Of a stretch of DNA of 64,000 bases, positions 17,371 to 26,443 are shown piece after piece. Each line of letters starts with the position of its first letter. Position 1 is the first letter of the stretch. Source of the DNA: Polyangiales bacterium (GTDB lineage: Bacteria; Myxococcota_A; Polyangia; Polyangiales; Ga0077539). Below the pieces are notes generated by a model. The model made no database searches. It worked only from the letters and a program-made list of their open reading frames with translations, and had not been told where the DNA came from. The stretch is taken from positions 352,001 through 416,000 of the forward strand of contig JBGARZ010000006.1 of NCBI GenBank assembly GCA_044229975.1, read 5' to 3'. Both the position numbers and the translations under genes were made by a program.

Positions 17371-19695
17371 TCACCCCCGCCGCCGTCGCCTCCTCGCCAT
17401 CCCCGCTGCCATCCCCACTACTGCCAACACCCCGAGCCCGCCGCTCTTCCCACTTCCATTCCCACTACCGACCACCCCGCATCCGCAGCCCGACCCGCCT
17501 GCGTCCGTCGTCGCGCCGCCGCGAATCAGCTCCACTGGCCTCGGCAGTTCCACGCCCCCATCCACGCTCACCGCGCGCCCCATCACCACCTCCAGCACCG
17601 CCGGCTCCGCGTCCGCGCTCTCCGGCTCATCCACCACGCGCGCCCGCACCTCCACCCGATGCTCACCCGCCAGCTCGAACGTCGGCGCCGTCACATCCAC
17701 CCACGGTCCTGCCGCCCACCGCGACCACGTCATCCCGTCCACCCGCCACGAGTACTCGTGCGGCCGATCGCTCACCGCCGACGCGCCCGGCGCCACCCGC
17801 ACCCGCACCCGCGCGCTCGTCCCCACCGGGTCGACGCCCAGCACGCTCGCGTCCGTCTCCGCCGCCGCGATGCTCGGCATCGTCGCGCGCCGATACCGCA
17901 GGTCCATGAACAACCCGAGATACCGCGACCCGCCCTGCTCCATTCCCACCAAGCCGTTGTCGGGAAGCTCCAGGTTCACCGTCCCCACCGGCATCCCCAT
18001 CGCTCCCGGAACCGGAATCGACGGAATCGCGATCGCCGGAATGCTCCCACCCAACATCCCGATGGCCGTTCCCAACAACCCGTCAAAGGACATCGCCAGC
18101 CGCGCCGGCGCATCACTCACCAGCGTCGACCCCGTCACCACCGTACCGCTCGTGCGCACCGTCCCGAGCGACGGCCGCAACCCACCCGCGTCGCGCATCA
18201 GCGTGAGCGGCGCCGTCACGTCGGTGGTCACCGTGAGCGCCCGCACGTAGCGCTCCTCCGACCACACCATGAGGTCGAGCGCGAGCCGCTCGAAGCGCAG
18301 CGTGAGCGTCGGCGACGGGCCCGACGACATCGCCACCGTCGGCGGACGCTGCGGCCGTAGCACCAGCGCCACCGGCCCCGACAGCGACGGAAACAGCACG
18401 TTGCGCAGCGACGGAACGATGATCGAAAAGGTCCCCGACGTGAGCTGCTGCGAGAGCGAGCTCGTCACGCCAAGGCAGAACGTCCCCGAGTCCCACAATT
18501 GATACAGCGCGTGGTTGAGGAAGGTCTCCGACAACCCCACGCCGAGATCCATCGAGCGCATTCCCCCCGGAACATCGTTGCGCCGCAGCGCCGTCCACTC
18601 GGGGATCTCTGGCACCGTCGGCTCCGCCACGCGCGGCACGCAGTTGTTGTGTCCGCGCGACTGCGCCACCCCGAACACGTTGAGCGTCATCCCCTGCGTC
18701 GACACCTCGGCGTCGTGCGCGTGGTCGCCCGCCGCAATCACGATGGCCGACTCGCCGCGCACACCCGGGCTCACCGACGCCAGCAGCGCCCCGACGTTGC
18801 CCGCCATCTCGACACCCAGCAGCGACGGAACCGTCTGCCCGTCTTCATACCGACACCGCGCTCCCTGCGCGACGCTCCCCAGCGGACACCCCGGCGGATC
18901 AGGCATCGACGCCTGGCTCAACGCATCTTGAATGGGCCCCAGCGCACCACCGATGGCGCCACCAAACGCGCCCGAGATGGTTCCTCGCAGCACCGGGAGC
19001 AGCCCACAGAGTCCGCCGCCCGAGCAGCCCACCCACGCGTCGTCGAAGCCCTCTCCCGGCGTCTGCTCGATGACCTCCGTCGCCCCCATCGCGGGCACAA
19101 GCTCCGCCCGGAAGTAGTCACGCCGCGACGGGTGCGTGTCCCGCCGGATCACGATGGCCGTCCGCAGCCCGATGTACGACCGCGCGCCGCGCGCCGTGTC
19201 GATGGTGAGCCGCGTGTCGATGCCGTCCGCGCAACCGCCGCACATGCTGTTGCAGAACAGCGTGCACGTCCGCAGCGGAATCTCTCCGCGGAAGCCCACG
19301 CGCAGCCGCACCTCGATGCGATCGGGCGCCACGAAGAACAGCTCCAGCGGAGGCGGACTCGTCGGCAGCACCAGGTCGAGCCCGCAGCTCCCATCGCGGC
19401 ACACCACGTAGCGCCCGACGCCGAAGTTACCCGTCACCAGCGGGATGGGCAGCCGTCCACCGGTCACGCCCAGCAGCAGGTCGGCGCCGAGCTGCGACAC
19501 GTTGCGCAGCCCCTGATCGCTCACCCGCACCTGCATCGCCCGCGGCACCCGCGTCTCCGGCGTCACCGGATACCCCCGCGGAATCGGCCCCAGCGCACCG
19601 CCCGCGCACGATGAGCAGCCCCCGCCGCTGCACCCCGCCACCGCGATCGCCACGACCATCATCCGAACCAGCGCGACGACGTCCCTGAGGTGCAT
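17371..19695 (-). CDS. Large envelope lipoprotein with MYXO-CTERM sorting signal (possible BPI/LBP-like fold)
   Basis: VAGCSGGGCSSC N-terminus; C-terminal GCGC...hydrophobic...RRRRRR. Confidence 0.8.
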   Translation of the reverse strand: MHLRDVVALVRMMVVAIAVAGCSGGGCSSCAGGALGPIPRGYPVTPETRVPRAMQVRVSDQGLRNVSQLGADLLLGVTGGRLPIPLVTGNFGVGRYVVCRDGSCGLDLVLPTSPPPLELFFVAPDRIEVRLRVGFRGEIPLRTCTLFCNSMCGGCADGIDTRLTIDTARGARSYIGLRTAIVIRRDTHPSRRDYFRAELVPAMGATEVIEQTPGEGFDDAWVGCSGGGLCGLLPVLRGTISGAFGGAIGGALGPIQDALSQASMPDPPGCPLGSVAQGARCRYEDGQTVPSLLGVEMAGNVGALLASVSPGVRGESAIVIAAGDHAHDAEVSTQGMTLNVFGVAQSRGHNNCVPRVAEPTVPEIPEWTALRRNDVPGGMRSMDLGVGLSETFLNHALYQLWDSGTFCLGVTSSLSQQLTSGTFSIIVPSLRNVLFPSLSGPVALVLRPQRPPTVAMSSGPSPTLTLRFERLALDLMVWSEERYVRALTVTTDVTAPLTLMRDAGGLRPSLGTVRTSGTVVTGSTLVSDAPARLAMSFDGLLGTAIGMLGGSIPAIAIPSIPVPGAMGMPVGTVNLELPDNGLVGMEQGGSRYLGLFMDLRYRRATMPSIAAAETDASVLGVDPVGTSARVRVRVAPGASAVSDRPHEYSWRVDGMTWSRWAAGPWVDVTAPTFELAGEHRVEVRARVVDEPESADAEPAVLEVVMGRAVSVDGGVELPRPVELIRGGATTDAGGSGCGCGVVGSGNGSGKSGGLGVLAVVGMAAGMARRRRRRG

Positions 19696-19758
19696 GACCT
19701 CAACGCGTATCACGAACGCCACGCCCGTCGGTGACGTCCCTCCGCCCATCTGATACCC

Positions 19759-20793
19759 GTGTCTGCGATGCAGCACCCGACGCGCTTCGACTCTCTGCTC
19801 GACCTCGCGAAACTCCCTTGGTTCGAGGTCCGCGACGGCCGCCTCGTCGTGAGCGACCCCTCGGTCGGCACCGCCATCGACGTCCACACGCACCTCGCGC
19901 TCTCCTTCGTGCGGCCCAACCAGCTCGACCTCCAGCGCGGTCACCCCAAGGCAGAGCACTACCTCCCCGACCACCGCCCCTTCGACCTCGACGTCTACGT
20001 CAACAAGAACATCATCCCCGAAGACATGCACCGCATGGAGCGCGACCTCTCCATCGGGTCGTTCACCTCCGGCGGCATGCGCGCGACGCACACGGTCCCC
20101 AACCTCGCCCGCGAGATGGGCGAGCTCCAGGTCGCGCAGTCCGTGCTGCTCCCCATCGACTGGCCCGCGCTCTCCGACAACGCCACCACCTGGCTCACCA
20201 CCGTCCGCGGCGACAGGCGCTTCATCGGCTTCGGCTCCGTCCACCCCTACGCCCGCGACGTCGCCCGCAAGCTCGATCGCCAGATCGCCCTCGGCGCTCG
20301 CGGCATCAAGGTCCACCCCGCGGTGCAGCTCGTTCACCCCGCCGCGTCGCGCGCGCTCGAGCTCTACCGACTCTGCGCCGAGCGCGACCTCCCGGTGTTC
20401 TGGCACTGTGGCCCGGTGGACATCGAGCCGCCGCTCGGTCGCTACCTCTCGCAGGTGCGCCACTACGAGAAGGCCATCGCCGAAAACCCCGGCACCACCT
20501 TCGTGCTCGGCCACTCCGGCGCGCTCCAGATGGACACCGCCATCGGCTACGCGCGCCGCTACCCCAACGTGTGGCTGGAGATCGCCTCGCAGTCCCTCTC
20601 CAACGTCCGCCGCCTCGTCGACGAGGCCCCGCCCGGCCGCCTCATGTTCGGAACCGACTGGCCCTTCTATCACCAGGCCGTCGGGCTCGCGAAGGTGTTC
20701 ATGGCCACCGAGGGCAACGACGCCGCACGCCACGCGATGCTGCGCGGCAACGCCGAGCGCCTCCTCAAGCTCGCTCCCGACAACACCCCGTAG
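19759..20793 (+). CDS. Amidohydrolase family (amidohydro_2) protein
   Basis: IDVHTH, GIKVHP, LGHSG, FGTDWP, NAERLL. Confidence 0.9.
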   Translation: MSAMQHPTRFDSLLDLAKLPWFEVRDGRLVVSDPSVGTAIDVHTHLALSFVRPNQLDLQRGHPKAEHYLPDHRPFDLDVYVNKNIIPEDMHRMERDLSIGSFTSGGMRATHTVPNLAREMGELQVAQSVLLPIDWPALSDNATTWLTTVRGDRRFIGFGSVHPYARDVARKLDRQIALGARGIKVHPAVQLVHPAASRALELYRLCAERDLPVFWHCGPVDIEPPLGRYLSQVRHYEKAIAENPGTTFVLGHSGALQMDTAIGYARRYPNVWLEIASQSLSNVRRLVDEAPPGRLMFGTDWPFYHQAVGLAKVFMATEGNDAARHAMLRGNAERLLKLAPDNTP

Positions 20794-20861
20794 CTGGCAA
20801 TCTGGTACGAGCGTCAACGATCTGTCACCCCCCCCGACGGGGTGGTAGTGTCGTCGCCGGA

Positions 20862-22793
20862 ATGGCTACCGATCCCGTGCGAAACGCGGCAAACCCGGGG
20901 GTGCGACGGCTCGGCCGTTACACGCTGCGGTACCGCATCGCGCAGGGCGGCATGGCCTCGGTCTACCTCGCCCAGCTCGCCGGCACTGCGGGCTTCGAGA
21001 AGTGGATCGCCGTCAAGACCATCCATCCGCACATCGCCACGAGCAACCGCTTCGTGAACATGTTCCTCGACGAGGCGCAGCTCGCGTCGAGGCTCGACCA
21101 CCCCAACCTCTGCTCGGTCTTCGACTTCGGCGAAGAGCGCGGCACGTGGTTCATCGCGATGGAGTACCTCCACGGCGAGACCTTCGGCGTGGTCGCCCGC
21201 ACCGGCTGGAGCGCCCAGCAGCCGCCGCCGTACGTCATCATCGCGCGCATCCTGGCCGACGCCGCGCGCGGCCTGCACGCCGCCCACGAGCTGCGCCTCC
21301 CGTCGGGCGAACACGCCGGCGTGGTGCACCGCGACGTCTCCCCCGAGAACATCTTCGTCACCTACGCGGGCCCCACGAAGGTCGTCGACTTCGGCGTCGC
21401 GCGGTGGAAGTCGCAGTCGCAAGACCGCACCGTCGCGGGCGAGCTCAAGGGCAAGATCGCGTACATGTGCCCGGAGCAGCTCCGCGAGGAGGTCGTCGAC
21501 CGCCGCGCCGACATCTGGTCGCTCGGCGTGGTGCTCTGGGAGGTCACCGTCGGCCGCCGCCTCTTCCGCCGCAAGACCGACGCGGGCACCGTCTACGCCG
21601 TCCTCAACGATCGCGTCCCGCGTCCCGCGCGCTTCCGTCCCGACTATCCGCCCGCCCTCGCGGCCATCGTGGCGAAGGCCCTCGCGCGCGACCGCGACCA
21701 CCGCTACCAGACGGCGCTGGAGTTCGCCCGCGCGCTGGAGCAATGGCTCGCGAGCACGGGCGAGCCCACCGGAACGGGCGAGGTCGGCGAGTACATGCAC
21801 TCGCTCTTCGGTGAGCAGATCGCCTTCCGCGAGAAGCTCTTGCGAACGACCCACATCGAGGCCCCGGTGGAGGAGGTCTCGCAGATGTGGCGCAGCTCGC
21901 CCATCGACGTGTCGGAGGTCGAGTCGTCGCAGGACGGCATCCCCGAGGCGCGTCCCTCGTCGCCGGTCGACATGAGCGAAGAGGCCACGATCCTCAACCC
22001 GCAGCGCTACGTCAGCACCCTCCCCGAGTCTCTCGCGCTCTCTGCTCCTCCTCCTCGCTCATTGCCAGCGGTCTCCGACCCGTCGCCCGCCATCCCGCTG
22101 ACCTCCGTCCGTCCACACGGCGCCTATCAGCTCGGCCCCGCGCCTGCGGCCCCGCTGTCGAGCGGCGCCCACCGCGCCATCAACACGTCGAAGCTCCCCG
22201 CGTGGCGCCGCCGCGGCATCCCCAGCCTCGTCGGCGGCATCCTGCTGTCGCTCGTGAGCGCCGCGGTGATCGTCTACTTCTTCAGCCAGAACTCGCGCCC
22301 GGACGTCCCACCGCCGCGCTTGCCTGATCCCCACCGCGAACCGCCGCCCGTGGTCTCCGTGTCGACCCCGCCCGTGGTCCCTCCGACCATCGTCCCTCCG
22401 GCCATCGTCCCTCCGCCGTCGCTCCCCATCATCCCTCCGCCGGTCGCGCCCTTGTCGCACCCCGCGGTTGCGCCCCGCGTTCCGCGCCACGGCGTGGCGC
22501 ACCCGGTGGTGCGCTCGACGCCTCCTCGCACCACCGACGCTGGCGCCGCGACCGAGTCCGCCGCGGCTGCCCGTCCGGGCTATCTCACCTTCATCGCGAC
22601 GCCCGACGCCGAGGTCTATGAGGGCAACCGCGCGCTCGGCCGCACCCCGCTGACCGACCGCGCCATCCCGTCGGGCCACCACACGTTCCGCTTCGTGCCG
22701 GGCGGCGACCTCGCGTCGCAGACGGTGCAGGTCGACGTGCAACCCGGCGGCAGCTCCGTCGTCGAGATGCGCTGGGACCCGGCCAACCCCTGA
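20862..22793 (+). CDS. Membrane Ser/Thr protein kinase with C-terminal PEGA-like domain
   Basis: GGMASVY, HRDVSPEN, DFGVA, GKIAYMCPEQ; TM segment; LGRTPL. Confidence 0.95.
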   Translation: MATDPVRNAANPGVRRLGRYTLRYRIAQGGMASVYLAQLAGTAGFEKWIAVKTIHPHIATSNRFVNMFLDEAQLASRLDHPNLCSVFDFGEERGTWFIAMEYLHGETFGVVARTGWSAQQPPPYVIIARILADAARGLHAAHELRLPSGEHAGVVHRDVSPENIFVTYAGPTKVVDFGVARWKSQSQDRTVAGELKGKIAYMCPEQLREEVVDRRADIWSLGVVLWEVTVGRRLFRRKTDAGTVYAVLNDRVPRPARFRPDYPPALAAIVAKALARDRDHRYQTALEFARALEQWLASTGEPTGTGEVGEYMHSLFGEQIAFREKLLRTTHIEAPVEEVSQMWRSSPIDVSEVESSQDGIPEARPSSPVDMSEEATILNPQRYVSTLPESLALSAPPPRSLPAVSDPSPAIPLTSVRPHGAYQLGPAPAAPLSSGAHRAINTSKLPAWRRRGIPSLVGGILLSLVSAAVIVYFFSQNSRPDVPPPRLPDPHREPPPVVSVSTPPVVPPTIVPPAIVPPPSLPIIPPPVAPLSHPAVAPRVPRHGVAHPVVRSTPPRTTDAGAATESAAAARPGYLTFIATPDAEVYEGNRALGRTPLTDRAIPSGHHTFRFVPGGDLASQTVQVDVQPGGSSVVEMRWDPANP

Positions 22794-22807
22794 CCTCGCC
22801 GCTCCCC

Positions 22808-22866
22808 TCCCACGTCATCAGTCCCCGGCCTTACCCGGTAGGGACGTGACCTCCCACGCCGTCAGT
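22808..22866. repeat. Intergenic repeat copy (same family as 45292-45362)
   Basis: cccggccttacccggtagggacg (22824-22846) is 22/23 identical to the reverse complement of 45332-45354. Confidence 0.75.
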
Positions 22867-24262
22867 GTGCGGCCGCGCGCGGCTGCGGTCGCGCGTTCCA
22901 GACCCGCGAGCACAGCGCGAGCCCGACCGCGGCCATCACGATCATCGCGCCGGGCCACATCTTCCACGACGCCGCCTGGTGCGACGCCGCGCTCCCGGTC
23001 TCGGGCAACAGGTGCCCGTACAGGTACGCCTGCGTCGCGGTGCCCAGGTAGACGAAGCCGTCGATGACGCCGGTGACGAGCCCGGCGCTCTTGCTGCCGC
23101 CGAAGTCCATGCTCGCGGTGCCCGAGAGCATCCCGTGCACGCCGATCACGCACAGCGACATGAACAGCATCGACCACCCGAGCACCGGCGACCCCAGCGT
23201 CGTGAACGCCACCAGCGATCCGAGCAGCAGGCCCGCGTAGAGCACGGCCGCGACGGGTCCGCGCCGCGAGTCGAAGACGTGGTCGGAGATGAAGCCCGCG
23301 AACACGCCGCCGAGGATGCCCGCCACGCAGAGCACCATGCCCCAGTTCTGGTAGACGAAGCTGTGGTCGTCGTGGATCGCCTTGGCGAACACCCGGTACC
23401 ACTTCATCACGCCCTGCCGCAGAAACCCCGAGCAGAACTCGATCGCCACGATGAGCAGCACCGCGGGCTGCGAGAGCATCCGCTTCACCACCTCCATCGG
23501 CGGCGGCGCCACGGTGTCACCGCTGGTCGCGTCGCCCGTGTCGAAGTCCGCGAGGCCCGCCTTCGACGGCGTGTCGCGGATCACCGCAAACGCCACCACC
23601 CAGCACGCCGCGAGCACCGCGGCGGGCGCCCAGAACGCGGCGGCGAGGCCGAAGTTCTCGGCGATCGCCTTCGCCCAGTCGTACGCGAAGTACAGCCCGA
23701 GCGAGATGAGGATGCCGAACATCCCGCCCAGCACTCCGCGCTCTCTCACGTGAAACCACGGCGCGTTGACCTTCACGATGGAGACCGCGCCGAAGCTCTG
23801 GAAGTACATGTTGACCGCGTTGGCGATCATCATGGTGTTGTAGAAGCGCGCCGGGTCTTCGTGCGCGTGCCCCACGGCGACGGCCATCGCGACGTTGGCC
23901 AGCGCGGAGCCGCCCGCCGCGAGCAGCAGCGTGACGCGGCCGCCGAACTTGTCGGTGAGCGGCCCGTTGAGCAGAAACGCCACCCCGTAGGTGAGGGCTC
24001 CGACGGCGTCGATGTCGCCGAACTGCGCCTTGGTGAGCAGGTGCGCGTGCTCGAACTTGTCGAGAATCGCCGACAGGTTGTACCGCCCGAAATACAAGAA
24101 CGCGTAGGTCAGCCCGAGCGGCAGCCAGTTCATCACGCGGCGCTTCTTGAAGGCCGCGGAGTGCCCGACGTCGACCTTGGGCAGGCGGGCGAGCACCACC
24201 CCGATGGCCGCGAGCAGGACGAAGATCGGGAGCGCGTTGGAGAGCCACGTCGGGAGGTGCAT
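22862..24262 (-). CDS. MFS transporter, organophosphate:Pi antiporter (GlpT/UhpT-like)
   Basis: YFGRYNL, NGPLTDKFGGR, WFHVRERG, TGVIDGFVYLG; about 12 TM segments. Confidence 0.85.
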   Translation of the reverse strand: MHLPTWLSNALPIFVLLAAIGVVLARLPKVDVGHSAAFKKRRVMNWLPLGLTYAFLYFGRYNLSAILDKFEHAHLLTKAQFGDIDAVGALTYGVAFLLNGPLTDKFGGRVTLLLAAGGSALANVAMAVAVGHAHEDPARFYNTMMIANAVNMYFQSFGAVSIVKVNAPWFHVRERGVLGGMFGILISLGLYFAYDWAKAIAENFGLAAAFWAPAAVLAACWVVAFAVIRDTPSKAGLADFDTGDATSGDTVAPPPMEVVKRMLSQPAVLLIVAIEFCSGFLRQGVMKWYRVFAKAIHDDHSFVYQNWGMVLCVAGILGGVFAGFISDHVFDSRRGPVAAVLYAGLLLGSLVAFTTLGSPVLGWSMLFMSLCVIGVHGMLSGTASMDFGGSKSAGLVTGVIDGFVYLGTATQAYLYGHLLPETGSAASHQAASWKMWPGAMIVMAAVGLALCSRVWNARPQPRAAAH

Positions 24263-24278
24263 TGCGCGCGGAGATTCT

Positions 24279-24341
24279 CACGCTGCCTCCCTCTGGGTCC
24301 ACGCTGCCTCTCGTGGGGTCCACGCTGCCTCCCTTCGGGTC
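24279..24341. repeat. Three 21-bp tandem repeats in a divergent intergenic region
   Basis: cacgctgcctc-N5-gggtc three times at exact 21-bp period. Confidence 0.85.
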
Positions 24342-24428
24342 CCACGCCGCAGCGTGAGCGCGCGCGCAACGGCCACGCCCACAGTTCCCTTGCGCCACCC
24401 GTTCGGGTGTATGGTCCGGCGCAGCCGT

Positions 24429-24905
24429 ATGGGGACCGAGATCGAACGAAAGTTCCTCGTGGATGTTTCACGCCTGCCGCGCGAGGCGCTGCGCGAGGGT
24501 TCGCGCTTCGTGCAGGGGTACCTCTCGCTGTCGCCGACGGTGCGCGTCCGGGTGAGCGAGCGCCCCGGCATGCCCACCGAGGCGTGGCTCACGGTGAAGG
24601 GCCCTGGTGGCCTCATGCGCGCGGAGTACGAGTACGCCGTCCCGGTGGACGACGCGCGGGCGATGGTTCCGCTGTGCGTGGCGTCGTTGCGCAAGACGCG
24701 CTTCCGCGTGCTGGTGGGCGACCACGTGTGGGACCTCGACCAGTACCACGACCGCTACGAGGGCCTCTGGATCGCCGAGATCGAGCTCGACGAGCCCGAC
24801 GAGGACTTCACCCGCCCGCAGTGGGTCACCGAGGAGGTCACCGACGACCCGGCGTACACCAACGCCGCCATCGCGCTCGGCTCGCTCCCGACGCCTCCCC
24901 GCTGA
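24429..24905 (+). CDS. CYTH domain protein (triphosphate tunnel metalloenzyme)
   Basis: EIERKFLV, QGYL, VRVR, LTVKG, EYEY, AEIEL. Confidence 0.93.
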   Translation: MGTEIERKFLVDVSRLPREALREGSRFVQGYLSLSPTVRVRVSERPGMPTEAWLTVKGPGGLMRAEYEYAVPVDDARAMVPLCVASLRKTRFRVLVGDHVWDLDQYHDRYEGLWIAEIELDEPDEDFTRPQWVTEEVTDDPAYTNAAIALGSLPTPPR

Positions 24906-24958
24906 TACGCGCCACCTCCCCTTGGAACGCTCCATCGACCCGTGTACACCCCCCGCGC

Positions 24959-25669
24959 GTGAGCCCCATCCTCCAGACGATCCTCGACGAGATTGACGCC
25001 CGCCACCGCGCCGAAGAGCGCCCCGTGGTCATCTTCGACCTCGACGGAACCCTCTTCGACAACCGCCCCCGCACCCTCCGCATCGCCCACGCATTGGCGG
25101 CCTCCCTCGGCCCCGAGCACGACTCCGACGCGGCGCTCATCCACGCGATGACCGTCTCCGACATCCGCTACCGCCTGGAAGACGCGCTGCGTGAACGCGG
25201 CGTCTCCGAGGACGTGATCGTCATGGCGAAGAAGCGCTGGTTCAGCCGCTTCTTCACCGACGCGGCGTGCTCCGACGACGTGCCCGTGCGGGGCGCTGCG
25301 TTGTACGTGCAGCGCTGCTTCAACCGCGGCGCGACGGTGGTGTACCTCACGGGTCGCGACACTCCGGGCATGCTCGTCGGGACGGTCCGCACGCTGCGCG
25401 ATGACGGTTTCCCCATCGGTTTGCCCCGCGTCGAGCTGGTGTTGAAGCCCACCTTCGAGGAGGACGACACGGCCTTCAAGCGCCGCATGCTCGACCCGAT
25501 GGACGAGCTCGGCACGGTGGTCGCGACCTTCGAAAACGAGCCCGGCAACTGCAACCTCTTCCACCAGCGCTGGCCTCACAGCCACGCGGTGCTCATCGAG
25601 ACGCAGCACGCCCCCGGCGCCCCCGCGCTCGAACCCGGTTGCATCCGCCGCCCCGACTTCTCGCTCTGA
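24959..25669 (+). CDS. HAD-superfamily acid phosphatase-like protein
   Basis: FDLDGTL, YLTGR, FENEPGN. Confidence 0.85.
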   Translation: MSPILQTILDEIDARHRAEERPVVIFDLDGTLFDNRPRTLRIAHALAASLGPEHDSDAALIHAMTVSDIRYRLEDALRERGVSEDVIVMAKKRWFSRFFTDAACSDDVPVRGAALYVQRCFNRGATVVYLTGRDTPGMLVGTVRTLRDDGFPIGLPRVELVLKPTFEEDDTAFKRRMLDPMDELGTVVATFENEPGNCNLFHQRWPHSHAVLIETQHAPGAPALEPGCIRRPDFSL

Positions 25670-25672
25670 CCG

Positions 25673-26443
25673 ATGAGCGCCGCGGTCCGCCTCCAGTCCC
25701 TCCGCAAGGTCTTCCCGGACGGAACCATCGGCCTCGACGACGTCACCCTCGAAGTCCCGGCGGGAGAGTTCGTCGCCATCCTGGGGCGCTCGGGCGCGGG
25801 CAAGAGCACTCTCCTCCGTTGCGCGAGCAGGCTCATCGAACCCACGTCGGGACGCGCGTTCATTGGTGACCTTGAGGTGACCGGCGCGAAGGGCCGCGCG
25901 CTCGCTCGCGCCCGTGCGCGGGTGGGCTTCGTCTTCCAGCAGTTCAACCTCATCCGCTCGTACACCTCATTGGACAACGTGCTGGTGGCGCGCATCTCCC
26001 ATCAATCATGGCTGCGCGGCCTCATCGGACTCTGGTCCCCCGCCGACCGCGCCGTCGCCCTCCGTTGCCTGGAGGAGGTCGGCCTCGCCGCGAAGGTCGA
26101 CACCCCCGTCCGCTCGCTCTCCGGCGGCCAGCAGCAGCGCGTGGCGGTCGCGCGCGCCTTCGCGCAGGAGCCCGCCGCCATCTTCGCCGACGAGCCCACG
26201 GCCTCGCTCGACCCCAACCTGGCGGCGACGGTGCTGGCGATGTTGAAGGACTACGGCAGATCCCGCGGCGTCCCGGTGCTGGTCAACGTCCACACCATCG
26301 AGCACGCGCGCCGCTACGCCGACCGCATCATCGGCCTCTCCGCCGGCCGCATCGTCCACGACGGCCCGGCGAGCGCGTTGTCCGATGAGGCCGTCGAGGC
26401 CATCTACGCGGCTCCACCCGCGGTCGCCGCGGAGGCGCCGTGA
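25673..26443 (+). CDS. phnC: Phosphonate/phosphite ABC transporter ATPase
   Basis: GRSGAGKST, LSGGQQQRV, ADEPTASLDP. Confidence 0.9.
   Translation: MSAAVRLQSLRKVFPDGTIGLDDVTLEVPAGEFVAILGRSGAGKSTLLRCASRLIEPTSGRAFIGDLEVTGAKGRALARARARVGFVFQQFNLIRSYTSLDNVLVARISHQSWLRGLIGLWSPADRAVALRCLEEVGLAAKVDTPVRSLSGGQQQRVAVARAFAQEPAAIFADEPTASLDPNLAATVLAMLKDYGRSRGVPVLVNVHTIEHARRYADRIIGLSAGRIVHDGPASALSDEAVEAIYAAPPAVAAEAP

Noticed and set aside
16998..18360. Plus-strand ORFs next to the attI-like site as a possible integrase
   Set aside because: Pro/Arg-rich shadow translations with no tyrosine recombinase R-H-R-Y motifs
20828..20835. C8 tract as a phase-variation switch
   Set aside because: Short homopolymer in very GC-rich DNA with no supporting evidence
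17371..25669. Very long ORF-track entries (1148, 1020 and 934 aa) as giant fusion proteins
   Set aside because: Their N-terminal parts are shadow frames over real genes, as expected in high-GC DNA; true starts are 19695, 20862 and about 24959
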